Shown here piece after piece: positions 13,801 through 26,461 of a stretch of DNA of 64,000 bases. The DNA is from Podarcis cretensis. Lineage: Eukaryota. Position 1 is the stretch's first letter. Every line of letters begins with the position of its first letter. The notes under the pieces are model-generated. The model searched no databases. It saw only the letters and a program-made list of their open reading frames with translations, and was not told where the DNA came from. A program made the translations under genes and the position numbers. Location of the stretch: contig OX638152.1 of NCBI GenBank assembly GCA_951804945.1, positions 41,912,001 through 41,976,000 on the forward strand. Direction: 5' to 3'.

Positions 13801-15695
13801 TAAAATTTCAATCCTCTGGAAATTAGGAATATGGCTGAACAGAAACATGCTATTAATCCTTCACTGAAAAACTTCCAGATACATATCAGCATTCTTACTT
13901 GACCTAGCTTGAAAGTTACACCCCCAACAGATCAAGACAATATATATTTGCCATTTTCCAAAACAACTTGCTAAGCTTTCAGGAAGATGCAATCTTTTCT
14001 TCTATTATAGTTACTGACTTATTTACTAGGTTGGGAATTCCAGAACTTTATACAGAAAAGAGGTAGGCAAAATAGATGTCATAAAGGCATCAACCTAAGT
14101 CATGAGGCTTAAGGTTTCACATAGGAAAGTGATTTTATCCCGCTGGTGGTGCCATTTGTTTTTACTATAACTGCTGCACCTGTTTTATTTGCTTCCTGGC
14201 TTTATTCTTTGTATTGGTTTGTTTTTTATTATAACAACCAGTAAGATTTGACACACACAACAACTGTGCACACCCTAGCAAAAGCTGGCTTGTGTATTTC
14301 ATCAACATTTCCTCTCCATTATGGCATTAGGACTGACTGAAAGATGACAAAACCAAAGCTCCCTTGAGCTTGCAGAACTTGTGGTTGTCTGGACCCCAAT
14401 CACAGCATCTTATATTTTAGTGAGTCATGCTATCCACCCAGAGCTCCCTGGTTAGTGCAAGTTCAAATTATAGATTAAGAAATCAGATCTTGCAGGCAAA
14501 TATTAAGTATGAATTTCTTTTTTGAACTCTCACCAAGTGACATACAGGAAGAACTGCCCTCCTCTCATATTTCTTTCCTGTCTATAATATGGTGGGCATT
14601 TATTTCACAGCAGCTGACCTTCAACTTGAAGGGCAGGCCAATGTTTCTGAAATCTAGCTTATTAGCTTCCACAAATGCAGTGTCAATCAAGGTCAGCACA
14701 ATGCAAAAGCAGTTCTAAGGCTGGAAAGGAAGAATAAAGCTTGGAGAGACTTAACACACTGGCTAAAATAATATGCACTAGGAGGGTAAACTTCAAAGAA
14801 ACCTACTTATACAGCAGAAAATGAAAAGCAGAAGGAAGAGTATGTTCAAAGTCTATTGGACACCATGACAGACTCTGTGGCCTTTCTGACCTGAAGAACC
14901 GTTTTATTACTTTGAGAAAGAATGCTTGGTTTTCACGCCCAACTTCCATGGCACAGAATTTTTCAGAGTAAAAGAGGAAATTCTAAAGGTATTTGTCCCA
15001 AGGGAGCATTTTTTAAAAAAACCTAAAACCAGGAAAATTTACTTGCCTTTTTGAAGAAAGCATTTCTTTGACATGTTGAACATCTCCTTTTCATATATAT
15101 ATATATTTCTACAGCTACAGAGGCCATGCTACCAGACGCAGTAGAGGGACCAAGTATTAATTAGTGATAACTTCCTGCAACCTTCTAGTTATGTTGGGAC
15201 TTCTAGAATGCTTCAACATCTGCCACCAAAACCACCTCTAGTCATCTACCTTGACTAAAATGGACAGCTGCAGAAAAGTTTTGAGAACCACCACTCTACT
15301 AGAAAAAAATATATTTTAAAGGATAAAGAAAAAAATATATATATGAACCGAAGAATCACTTTAGCTTCCTGCACACTGATCTATTGAAATTGATTGGAAG
15401 AACAGAGTTGCAGAGAAGTAGAAAGCTACCAATATTAGAACATCTCTTGTAGTTAATTCACTACAGCAGTCAGAAGAAAAACACCAGCCACAGTTCAGCA
15501 ATCAATGCTTTGCTGTAAGGACATTTTTCCTGAAGACAGATGCCACCCAGAGGAACAAAAACAGAAGAACAATTCTGCTCCTGACTAAGAGGCGGTGCAA
15601 AGATAAATTAGGAACGGCAACTGAACCTTGCTTCATTCAACCACTACCCATCTGCCAAGCCATCAATCCTTAGTCCATATCAACATGTTATATAC

Positions 15696-15832
15696 ATCGG
15701 AATAGGCTAACACGGCCCTCCAGATGTTTTGAGACTACTATTCCCATCATCCCTGACCACTGGTCCTGTTAGCTAGAGATGATGGGAGTTGTAGTCCCAA
15801 AACATCTGGAGGGCCGAATTTGCCTATGCCTG
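15696..15832. mobile_element. Palindromic hAT-type MITE
   Basis: Long imperfect inverted repeat GGCCCTCCAGATGTTTTGAGACTAC...GTAGTCCCAAAACATCTGGAGGGCC. Confidence 0.75.
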
Positions 15833-17515
15833 TTACACACAATGTTAACAAACAAACAAAAAAGCAAATAGTTTTATTGTTGCCATTCTTCAGGAATAAC
15901 ACAGAAAGAAAAAAACTGCGGCATACAAGGATAGTAAACAGACTCAAGGCCCAAATCTGCTTTCCCCAAAGACTTTCCAACCGTGCCCTGGCATAACTTG
16001 TGATCCAAGGAATACCCACAATACATCCCTGAGTTATTTTCTCCCAAGCCAATTCAGAGGCTTACAGGAAAATGTCAACAGCAAGTTGACTACAACTATT
16101 GGGGGAGGATGGGAAGGTTCATTGGGAATGTGGCAGAAATTAAGGTTTACATCCCTTATTTGCCCCATGGCACTGTTCCTGATGCCCACCCCATGCTGCA
16201 GTTTAAAAAAATCTTATCAATTGCATTTGGATCTCATTTGACCTAGGACACATTGGAGTAATGGTGAACAGCTGAAGTGTATGCAGAAAAGGCACTGCCA
16301 AAACCTTTGTTGCCATTCACACCCTGGGGAAAAAATGGTTAAAGAACTTTTTTACAGTTAACAGAAGCTTCCTATCTTTATGGCTGGAGATAACTTTTGG
16401 AAAACAAAGAAATTGGCTTTCATAAAGTTTGTTGCCTCCCACTGTGTTGCCCTTCATCTGCAGCCCATCCCCCCACTTCTCACACCATTCTAAAATGTCC
16501 TACAACTTCTGGAAGGGTGCAGAAGGCTGCGAAAAATAAGTCACACTCGCATCCAAGACAATGTGTGTTCACATGGACACTAGAGCTGTACAGAAGTTGC
16601 TTTGTAATTCCTTTACTCACATCCTAAATGCGAAATTAAAAAGTTCAAATTAGAAAGGCCTAGATTACTTCATTATGTTGTCTTTATTTTATTTCTATGG
16701 CACCTTAAACCTAGGTTACAGTCGCTACAATGGAATGACTAAGCGCCATTTCCCCCCAGTGGATTGTATTGTTATTACTACTACTATTATTATCATTTTC
16801 ATTTCTATACCACTTTATATTTTAAAGGGGGGGGGATCTCAAGTGGTTTACAATACATTAAGTCATTCTTACCAATCTGTCCCTACCCCTCCATAGCTCT
16901 ACCTGGGAAATTTCTTAGTCAATTTTGGTTTGAACAGACAGTCAGGTGAACAATGGATGGTCTGAGGCTTGCTACACTTTGCATTAGAAATTAATTCCCA
17001 ACATTTCAAGTGATTCTCTGACTTCCAACAACTTTGATACCTACACCAGCTTTTTCCTTACCAGAACAGCACCTTTTCGACTACTTCCATGCCAATTTAT
17101 CAAGTGTCCATCATGCCTAAATTGTCATCTGCCCAGGGCTTCAAGCAATCAAAAATCTAGGGTCAGGTTGCCTATGGCCTTGGCAGACTGAAGAACAGGT
17201 AAGTAAACATTACCTTGTACTTTCCTTAATTTCCAATGGCAAGGCAGCTGTTGAAAATTAAACAGATTAAGTATGCTAATGTAGAAATTCTCCTGCATAA
17301 TTAGATCCTCCACTACTGATTTGCGTAGTATGCAAATCAGGCCACCCACATTTAGGCACCATAGATATGGCACACTTCTCAGCAGTTACAGAAAAAAGAG
17401 AGACATGCTTCAGGGCTCTGGATTTCCCCCATACTGCTGCTTATAAGGGCTTTTGAGGTTATATTTTCTGACATGACACAAAAATACATGAACCAGATGA
17501 AATAATTGCTATATC

Positions 17516-17641
17516 CAGGGATTTTTTCCAGCCAGAACTCAGTTCTGGCACCTCTCAGGTGGGTGCCATTGCTATTCTAAGAGAATGAGGGAGGTGTTCA
17601 TAGCGAGTTCCGGCACCTCTTTTTCTAGAAAAATAGCACTG
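17516..17641. mobile_element. 126-bp hAT MITE
   Basis: Perfect 8-bp TSD GCTATATC (17508-17515, 17642-17649). Termini CAGGGATTTTTT / AAAAATAGCACTG. Confidence 0.85.
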
Positions 17642-17655
17642 GCTATATCTGGAAT

Positions 17656-18156
17656 CAGCATCTTAAAAAGTAGAGCTATCACCTTGCCAACAAAGGTCCG
17701 TATAGTTAAAGCTATGGTTTTCCCAGTAGTGATGTATGGAAGTGAGAGCTGGACCATAAAGAAGGCTGATCGCGGGAGAATTGATGCTTTTGAATTCTGG
17801 TGCTGGAGGAGACTCTTGAGAGTCCCATGGACTGCAAGAAGATCAAACCTATCCATTCTGAAGGAAATCAGCCCTGAGTGCTCACTGGAAGGACAGATCG
17901 TGAAGCTGAGGCTCCAATACTTTGGCCACCTCATGAGAAGAAAAGACTCCCTGGAAAAGACCCTGATGTTGGGAAAGATGGAGGGCACAAGGAGAAGGGG
18001 ACGACAGAGGACAAGATGGTTGGATAGTGTTCGTGAAGCTACCAGCATGAGTTTGGCCAAACTGTGGGAGCCAGTGGAAGACAGGAGTGCCTGGCGTGCT
18101 CTGGTCCATGGGGTCACGAAGAGTCGGACACAACTAAACATCTAAACAATAACAAC
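17656..18156 (+). mobile_element. BovB (RTE) LINE, 5'-truncated
   Basis: Encodes ...ITLPTKVRIVKAMVFPVVMYGSESWTIKK..., has a (CAA)n-type tail and an 11-bp TSD ATATCTGGAAT (17645-17655, 18157-18167). Confidence 0.95.
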
Positions 18157-19364
18157 ATATCTGGAATAAGAAATATATTCACTAAAACTCTAAAACTTTC
18201 TACAATGTATATAGGCATTTTTAGAGCTGGAATGGGAAACACGGATAAACCCAGCCATGTTTAAACTGCAAAGAATTCAGTATTCGCCTGTTACCCCCCA
18301 GTGCAGCCAATATATTTTGATGGTATCACCTTATGGTAAACTGGTCTTGAGGAATCACATTCAATTCCAGCTGTATTTTTCATTAGCCATTTCTCACAAC
18401 TATGAAGGTAACATTTTTTATTTTAAAAAGTAACCAGGCTATCAAAGGAATATTCAGTACTATACAGTAACTGCAATTTTTATCAAGATGAGGAATATTG
18501 GTTTTAACAGTTTTGAAGAAGGAACTACAATAGACACAAGGAAAACACTGCAATCTGTTGTACAAACCAAAGACAGCAATAGAAACCATGCATGAAGATA
18601 TTTGGGCAGATTCAGAAGAAAAACTAGTACAGCAGCCTAATTGGGGGTCAGAGAGAATTTGTTCATAAAAAGGTCTCTTTTTCCCATAGTTTGAACTACT
18701 GGACCTTGGTAGACTGGAAAAAAAGAACTGGAAGACAAAAGAGAAAAGAACAGAGAATTTTGCTTTGAAAACTCAGTTCTGCTCCATGCACTGCTAGCCC
18801 TTCATGATGCCAAAATAGGATCAAAACGCACTTGATCCTACAGTGAGGTTGCATGAATTGTTCTGATTCACATTAGATAAGACAGCAGACAGAAATGAAA
18901 CCCAGTATTATAAACAATCTTAGGAAGTTTATTCTTCCTGGATTCTTTTCACATACATTTTCAAACTGTAACTGCTTTTAGGTGTTTTTTATTGTAATTG
19001 TTTTTATAATGGTGTAACTGTTTTAGAATGTTTTTGCTTTGCTTTTATTTTTAAATTGTCTGTTTACCACCTACAGCTCCTTTAGGAGGAAGGGTGGGAT
19101 ATAAATTCAATAAACATATAAATAGGTTCATTTTTACTCTTAGACGAACCTGAAAATGTCTACACATTTTAACATTCCTAGAAAAGTAGCTGGTTTCAAA
19201 TACTGCCTTGCAATACATGAATTTTAAGCATACTATATTTAAATAATCTCACAGAAAATTCTCACTTCAGTCACTAGGAAATAAAGAAAAAATGTAGTGC
19301 CATCTGGAGGACAAAAAAATAATACCACTCTAAATGTAAATTAAAATATTTGACTATGGAAGCC

Positions 19365-19500
19365 TCTCTCAACCTTGGGTTCCTAGAATCATGATGTTGG
19401 ACTACAACTCCCATCATTCCTAGTCAGCATGCCCAGTGGTCAGGAATGCTGGCAGTTGTAGTCCAACAACATCTAGGAACCCAAGGTTAAGAAAGGCTGG
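19365..19500. mobile_element. Palindromic hAT-type MITE
   Basis: AACCTTGGGTTCCTAG...GATGTTGGACTACAACTCCC...AGTTGTAGTCCAACAACATCTAGGAACCCAAGGTT. Confidence 0.75.
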
Positions 19501-19850
19501 ACTATGGAGAAGTTTTTCTTTATTTTTAATTACACATATTGAATACAGAAACAAAGCACTTAAGCAACCAAATATGTCATTCATGAGACCAGTCTTTCTG
19601 AGCATCCCAATATATAATTTATGCTAAAGTGCATTGGGGAAGAATAAATCACGAAATACACCATAGTACCATGCTTAGAAGTACAACCACATTAAGTAAA
19701 CACATCCAACATCAAATAGTTACATTGAGTGTTTTTCCTTTTATTTTGTCCCATGCCCAAAAGTATATTACATCAAAAATTTAAGCAACATCTTGAAACC
19801 TTTATAAGGGAACTAGAACAGAGCATGCAGTTAAACAAACAGAATGGATA

Positions 19851-20042
19851 CAGTGGACACTCGGGTTGTGAACGTGATCCGTGCGCAGATCTGCACACGT
19901 GCGAGTTGGCGTTTCTGTGCATGCGCAAAGCGCGATTTAGCATTTCTGTGCATGCACGAGTGCCAAAACCCGGAAGTAACCCGTTCTGGTGCGCAACCCG
20001 AAAAAACGCAACCTAAAGCGTCTGTAACCCAAAGTATAACTG
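19851..20042 (+). mobile_element. Tc1/mariner-pogo MITE, family C
   Basis: TA|CAGTGGACACTCGGGTT...AACCCAAAGTATAACTG|TA, CpG-rich. Confidence 0.8.
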
Positions 20043-20591
20043 TATTACTAATAAAGGTTCAATTGTTGCTGACTGGAGATGTATCACTTTCTATCAATAA
20101 CAAAGGTATTTATTACCCCTGGTCCTATTCACCTAGAAAAGCAGCTACTACAGGTCTTTCCAGTATTCAACTATCTCAGCTGCAATACTGAACTGTTTTT
20201 GCAGTTGAACAAGTTGAAGCTTAACCCAAGTTACAAAGTACTATTAGAACGTTGGTGATGTGGGAATGGTGGCATACCTTGCCTTAGATTAAATTGCATT
20301 TCCCCTGAAGACTCACACTTTCAACTCAAAGGTTCTTCGTGATCGTACTCTGCTTTTGGGTGCTGACTAATATGCAAGCTGTGTCCTTTCCTATAGAAGA
20401 CAAATCTGGCCATATGCATTAACCCATCAGTAACCATAAAACTAGATTACTTTAATGCACTCTTTTGGTAGTATGCAACTAAATAATTGGGCAAGCAAAA
20501 CTCTTTTAGCTATTAGGAATGCATGGGAGGAGGAAAATGGGAGAACATTCAATTTCACAATCGTGCTGACAGAATTTCCCCCTCAGTATTA

Positions 20592-20820
20592 CAGTCATAC
20601 CTCGGGTTGAAGTAGTTTCGGGTTGCGCTCCGTGACGACCCAGAAGCAACAGAACGCGTTACTTCCAGGTTCCGCCGCTCGCGCATGCACAAACGTTCAA
20701 AATGACGTCATGCGCATGCACAGAAGCAGCGGATCACGACCCACGCACGTGGGTTGCGTTCGCTTCAGGATGCGAACGGGGCTCCTGAACGGATCCCATT
20801 CGCATCCAGAGGTACCACTG
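20592..20820 (-). mobile_element. Tc1/mariner-pogo MITE, family C-related
   Basis: TA|CAGTCATACCTCGGGTT...GAGGTACCACTG|TA. Opposite orientation to the 19851 copy. Confidence 0.82.
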
Positions 20821-20944
20821 TACTATGAATACAAGACTATATGGACTGCCTGCCCTAAAAATGCCCAAAACCTTCATTTGATGCAAAATACTACCACCAA
20901 GCCAGCTGGATGGAACTGGACTGTGAGAATCAGTGTTCGAAATT

Positions 20945-21510
20945 AGCTAGGCACCAGGTGTATTTTGCACCTGACCACTGACCACTCGCGACAAAGGGAA
21001 GATGCTGGGATGCTAGGATGGCGCATGACATCACCATCTGAAGACGCATGCCTGGGGATCATTGGATCTCGGCTCTTTTCACACACTAATAGCACATCCT
21101 GTAGAATTCTATCAGTTATATTTTATCTGCACAATCAGAATGAAATTTCAGGAACCAAAATGCTTTTCCTGTGCAGGAGCAGTGACCTTAACTGTTGTAG
21201 TTTGCCTCCACTTACCACACCCCACTCTCCTGCTCACAGTTGTCAATAATATTCTTACTTATTAATGGTCCGTGTCACCATTAAGAAAAATAGGCAGGAT
21301 AATGTGACCTTTCTTCTTTAAGTTCTTAAATTTCTTAACCTCACAAGGTTGTCATCTGAACTAGCCTGATGTTCAATTGACATTTAATCTCAGTCAGTCC
21401 ATCATTTGAAAAATAAGTCATCATGCCCCAAAAGGATATCTAGACATTCCGTTTTGGTGACTGTAACTTTGGTTTAAGGAGCCATTTGGCACCTAGCTTA
21501 TATATTTGAG
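20945..21510 (+). repeat. Unclassified old interspersed repeat (copy 1)
   Basis: Colinear similarity with 35105-35425. Confidence 0.65.
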
Positions 21511-21944
21511 TTTGTAACACTGATCAGGATGCATCACTCTACTGATACTCGATCTCCACTGTTGACCTATTCATTTTCAGGACCAACTGAATGTTCAAGT
21601 TCTGTTCCTTTAAAATCCTAGGGTGCTTGGGCTCTAAGTAACTTAAGGGCCAACTTCTTCCTATGTTGTTCATTAGCTGCTTCATCCAACACCTGAGGTG
21701 CCAGATTCCCTCACTGATTTAAGTATGACAAGCATTTACAGCAAGCAGGGACCTTCTGGTTGTGGCATCAACCTTGTGGAATGCCTTCTCTAAAGAGGCA
21801 AATAAATACCTGGTTCTTTAAAATAACCTTTAGCATCCAATTCCAAACCCATTTTACTGAAATGTATCGGGGGGGGGGGGTAGGCAGAGGAAGTTGGAAC
21901 ACTACAGATCTAATGACCCTCCTTATTATATGGAAAGTGAAGTA

Positions 21945-23108
21945 CCGTATTTTTCGCTTTATTGGACGCACCGGACCACAGGACGCACCTAGTTTTTAGA
22001 GGGGGAAATCAAGGGAAAAATATTATTCCCCCCCAGCCCCAAAGAGCAAGGGCGCTTCTCCCAGAGCTTCTCGGGGCTGCGGGTGAAACCTGGGGTCCCC
22101 CCCCCAGCCCCAAAGAGCAAAGAAGCCAAGACAGCGAGCGCGATCCATAGCCGTGCAACCTCTCCAGCCAGGAGCTTAACCTCTCCAGCGCAGCTAAAGA
22201 AGAAGACAAGGGAGCGAGCACGATCCATCCCGCTCACTGCCTTGGCTTCCTCTTTAGCCTTGAGCAGCATCTTTAGTCTTGCGCAACAGGATGGATCGTG
22301 CCCGCTGTCCACCGGGGCTGGACTAGATGACTCCTGGGGTTCCCTTCCAACCCTGCAATTCTATGACCTCGGAAGGCGTTGGGGGTCTCCACCACTGGAG
22401 GCTTTTAAGCAGCAGCTGGGGGACCATCTGCCTGGCGTTCTTTAGCTGTAATTCCTACATTGTGAGGGGGCTGGGCTAGATTACCCTTGGGTGGCCCTCC
22501 CAACTCTATACAGTCCTACACTTCTGCGGCAGGAGATCCACAGCCACTTCACACAATGCCCACTCCCAATTTTCATTGGAGAGACATGTGGCTTCAGTGT
22601 CTAGGTAGGTACCCCCCTACCTGCCACTCTTCCCCCACCCCACTTCCCCACGCCGAGGGAATTCCTGCCCAGAGAAGCTCCCAGGTGAGGCAAGGGATAA
22701 GATCTACCTCTGGTAAATGGCTTTCCCTTTTCTCTTCTTCTTCTATGCTATTTCCTTCTTTTGTGTTTTGTTTAATCTGTTTTTATTGTATACTAAAAGC
22801 TGCAAAGTTTCCTTTTTTATAATATCCCCCCCCCCAAACTAAAACGTTAATCTAGATAAAAACACTGATCCAGAGGCAAAAGAAGGGGGTGGAGAAAGGA
22901 CGAAGAAAGAAAAAGAGGTAGAGAGATTTTTTAAAAGTTGGCTTCTTTAGCCTTGTGCAGCCTCCCACGGCTGGAGAGGCGTGCTAGGCAAAAGAGGAAG
23001 CCCGGGCAGCGAGGGGATGGATCGCACTTGCTGCCCTGGCTTCCTCCCGCGGCTGGAGAGGCGCGCAAGGCTAAAGAGGAAGCCCGGGCAGCGAGCGGGA
23101 TGGATCGC
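21945..23108 (+). mobile_element. Non-autonomous mariner/pogo-type element with internal inverted repeats and CR1-tail cargo; right TIR not seen
   Basis: TA|CCGTATTTTTCGC terminus. Inverted repeat ~22221-22262 vs ~23066-23107. CR1-like 3' ends at ~22312-22510. Confidence 0.65.
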
Positions 23109-25459
23109 TTTTGTATTGTTTTATTGTTGTTAGCCGCCCTGAGCCTGGCTTCGGCTGGGGAGGGCGGGATATAATTAAAATTTATTATTATTTGGGATTA
23201 GTTATGACCCCCAAATGCACAGGGAAAATTAAGTGTTACAACTAGGAAAATTGTATTTCTCCTTCTGGCTTTCCGTCTTATGTTTTAGAATGAAAGTAGG
23301 TGACCTCATCTTTTCAATGCTGTCATTGGATAAAAGATGAGAGATAAACAAAACATCAAATTATCCTTTAATTTAGAATGAGATCACATACTTGAGACTT
23401 TGAGGCTTTCACCTTGTGTTTGCTTAGATGGTTCTAGTAGGTATTCTAAGGACACCTAAATAGTGTGTGTGCATGATGGAGAACTGTGCCACACCTATTT
23501 AGCATGTGCCAAGTCTATCCAACATGGGTTGGCCCTGATAGCTCAGAATAAACTGGGAAGAGTGAACTTTCCTGAACTTCTTATTGTAGGCAATTTCAAC
23601 ACATAGTGAGAACAGGGTGGGGGCACACTTCCTATTTTAATCAAGAAGTGGCTCTAAGCTAGTAAGTTAAGTATTGACAAATTAGCCCAAGGCTCCATTA
23701 GAGGTCCTTTGGACACAGATTTTCTTCCTCCCTACATTGATCCAAGCACTCGGCTAACACTTCCTGCCCACCCGCTTCATTCAACTACTGATCCATAGGA
23801 CACATTTTCATGTATATTTGCTACTTTAAGGTCTTGTAAAAGCCTTTTCAGAATATTCAGTGTATCTACTGTACTGCTTCAACGCACATAACATAATGCA
23901 CATTCATTATATACAATTCAGCATACAAAAAAGGCAAGCATTTATAGTGTTTCAATAAAGCTCCCGGTATTGAAGAGTGCAATTCTTTAGCAGTGAAGGC
24001 AGCAAAACCGCCTTTCCAATGAAGTGTATTCTTAAAGCTCTGTAGATGTCCAAAACCATGACTATTACTAATCTTACTACAGATATATGTAGTAAGATAT
24101 ATGTAGTCCACGACTCTCTTTAAGGCTTCTATAGATAATCAGCAGCTTTAATAATATATCTGTAGCTGTACTGCAGGTGGGAGAATCCAACATTTGAATA
24201 TTTCCCAACACTAACCTGGTGTGTTTAATAGGAACTATGGTTCAATGTAACATGAAAACTGGGCCAAAAACTACCACAGCTCAACAATATGGGATCAGGA
24301 ACAGGGCTAATCTAGAAGCCTTCTCTATGACATACTAGATTCACTCAACCAGATAGCTTCCTTTCTTGTAAAGAGGGGAAACTATTAAACATTTGACTTC
24401 CCAACCTGCAGAATAAAGATGTACAGTGCAGGAACAGATACATCACATAATTCTGTTGATTATGCATTTTCTCCTCAAACATTTGTGTAGCGAGATCTTT
24501 TAGAAAAAATTCTATATTGCTGCCTTCCTTTGTTATAGGCAATTCAGCTGTGGAAAAAAATCACAAAGTCCTGTACAACTCTGAAAAATAAAACTTTGTT
24601 CTGAGAGAGCAGGATATCACACACTATGATCACCGAACCTGGCCTCCATTGACTCTTTACCATGAACTTTCTAAATTTATATCTGGTTTTGCTACTATGT
24701 GATAGAAGGGATCTAAAGAACTAGCCTTTTAATTGTATGTTTGCATTTTTAAATTAGCATCTTAAGGGCCTTTGTTTTTTCTTTGAACATCCAACCCATA
24801 CTATATCACAATCTACTTTGGAAAATGCCCTGTTTCAAAAAGTGGTTTCCAAAGAGAGACAGGAGAGACTAATTTGAGATTTAGTTGCTGAAAACACCCC
24901 TTGAGATCTGGGCACTAGCCATATTTCTTCTTTTCAACCGCAAACTATTTTTATCTGTTGTAAATTGTGAGTCCTGTGAAGCCCACAACAGAGTTCCGTG
25001 TAATCTGAAAGTTGTTTCCACCATTTTAACAAGAAATTCCCCTAAAATGTTTTCTGTCAAAAATGCTCCATTTAATACAAAAATTAACTAAATAAAGTAC
25101 TTTTTGGAAAAATTGACACACTGCAATTAAAGGAAGTATAATAAATAGGATTGTTGATTGTATGGTCTCCAAGACTCAAACGGTCAAGTACTTTCTTTTT
25201 AAAAAAGGAAAAAAATGTATTAGCTAAACTAATGTTCACAGTCTCATGAAAGTAGTTGGCATTCCCTCTTTGCATAGAAAAACAATTTAAGTTGCCTAGA
25301 TTTAAAGCCAAATGTAGGACAACTTCTACTAGATATATCTGGTGAAAAGAAGTATGTATTAAGTTTACTTTTGTAAAGTATGTCTTCTAAGTCTGCTCTT
25401 CCTTGCCTCAAAATACTCTAAAATCCTTATGCCACAGTTTACCTTCACTATGGTGAATA

Positions 25460-26461
25460 TTGTTGTTGGCATTCATCTGTCTTGAGAGAGAATGGAGTGC
25501 GCCTCCAGAAGTGAAATCAAACTGCTGTGTTAGCAGCACCGAAGTGATTTCCTGGGCTGTGTGTATGGCAATTCTGGACTGCCAGATGAAAAAACCTCCC
25601 TCTCGGCTTTGCTGATATGGTCCAAAGGAAAGCAGAGCATTATGTTTGGCACCAGCTTGGCTGAAAGAGGCATACAAGGCACCATCCAACTATCTTAAGG
25701 ACCTCACTCCAGATTTGTGTAGGGTTTACTCATTAGTCTTTTCTTCTGCCCAAGAGATCTCTACAAGGCAGCAGAGGTTTAACATCAGGGTGTATGGAGT
25801 GTTAGGCGAGGTGTAGTACCTCTGGTGTGAGACACATAGTGCTCCTTCTGAGATACAGTGGTGCCTCGCAAGACGAAAATAATCCGCGAGTCTCTTCGTC
25901 TAGCGGTTTTTCGTCTTGCGAAGCATCCCTATTAGTGGCTTAGCGCTATTAGCGGCTTGGAAAAAGGGGGGAGGGAAAAAACTCGCAAGACTCACAAGAC
26001 GTTTTCGTCTTGTGAAGCAAGCCCATAGGGAAATTCGTCTTGCGAAGAGCCTCGAAAAACGGAAAACCCTTTCGTCTAGTGGGTTTTTCGTCTTGCGAGG
26101 CATTCGTCTTGCAGGGCACCACTGTAGTTTGTCCACCTTTCATTCCCACTCAACTCTCACCTGTGGCTCCTGGAAGCTGCAAGCATGTGGCAGCAGCCAT
26201 AGCCCGGAAAATAGCTTCAATTGGCCAGCTAAACCAGGTGAGCGTAACCAATGGGTCTCAAAGCCTTGGTGAGTTAGGGACTTCCCCTGCATGTGAAGAC
26301 AGGCTCCAGTGGACTGAATGGACAAGATCATAGTGAATCCAACAGTCAAGAAGGCAGTTTCCGCATGTGCTATAGAGGGAAGTGAGGTGCAGATGGGGTT
26401 TGTCCACCTGGGAAGGTAGCCCATCTAAAAGAAGGAAAACTCTGATCCTAAACCTTTGCTT
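25460..26461 (-). mobile_element. RTE-derived non-autonomous retroelement with 5' inversion, interrupted by a MITE
   Basis: RTE-type tail ...GACAGATGAATGCCAACAACAA on the minus strand (25460-25788) and the 5' part inverted on the plus strand (25788-26461). TSD TGGTGAATA / TGGTGAGTA (25451-25459, 26462-26470). Confidence 0.72.
25856..26124 (+). mobile_element. Tc1/mariner-pogo MITE, family B
   Basis: TA|CAGTGGTGCCTCGCAAGACGAA...TTCGTCTTGCAGGGCACCACTG|TA. Confidence 0.9.

Noticed and set aside
17585-18145. 186-aa ATG ORF as a novel gene
   Set aside because: Chance fusion of hAT MITE sequence in frame with a BovB 3' stub.
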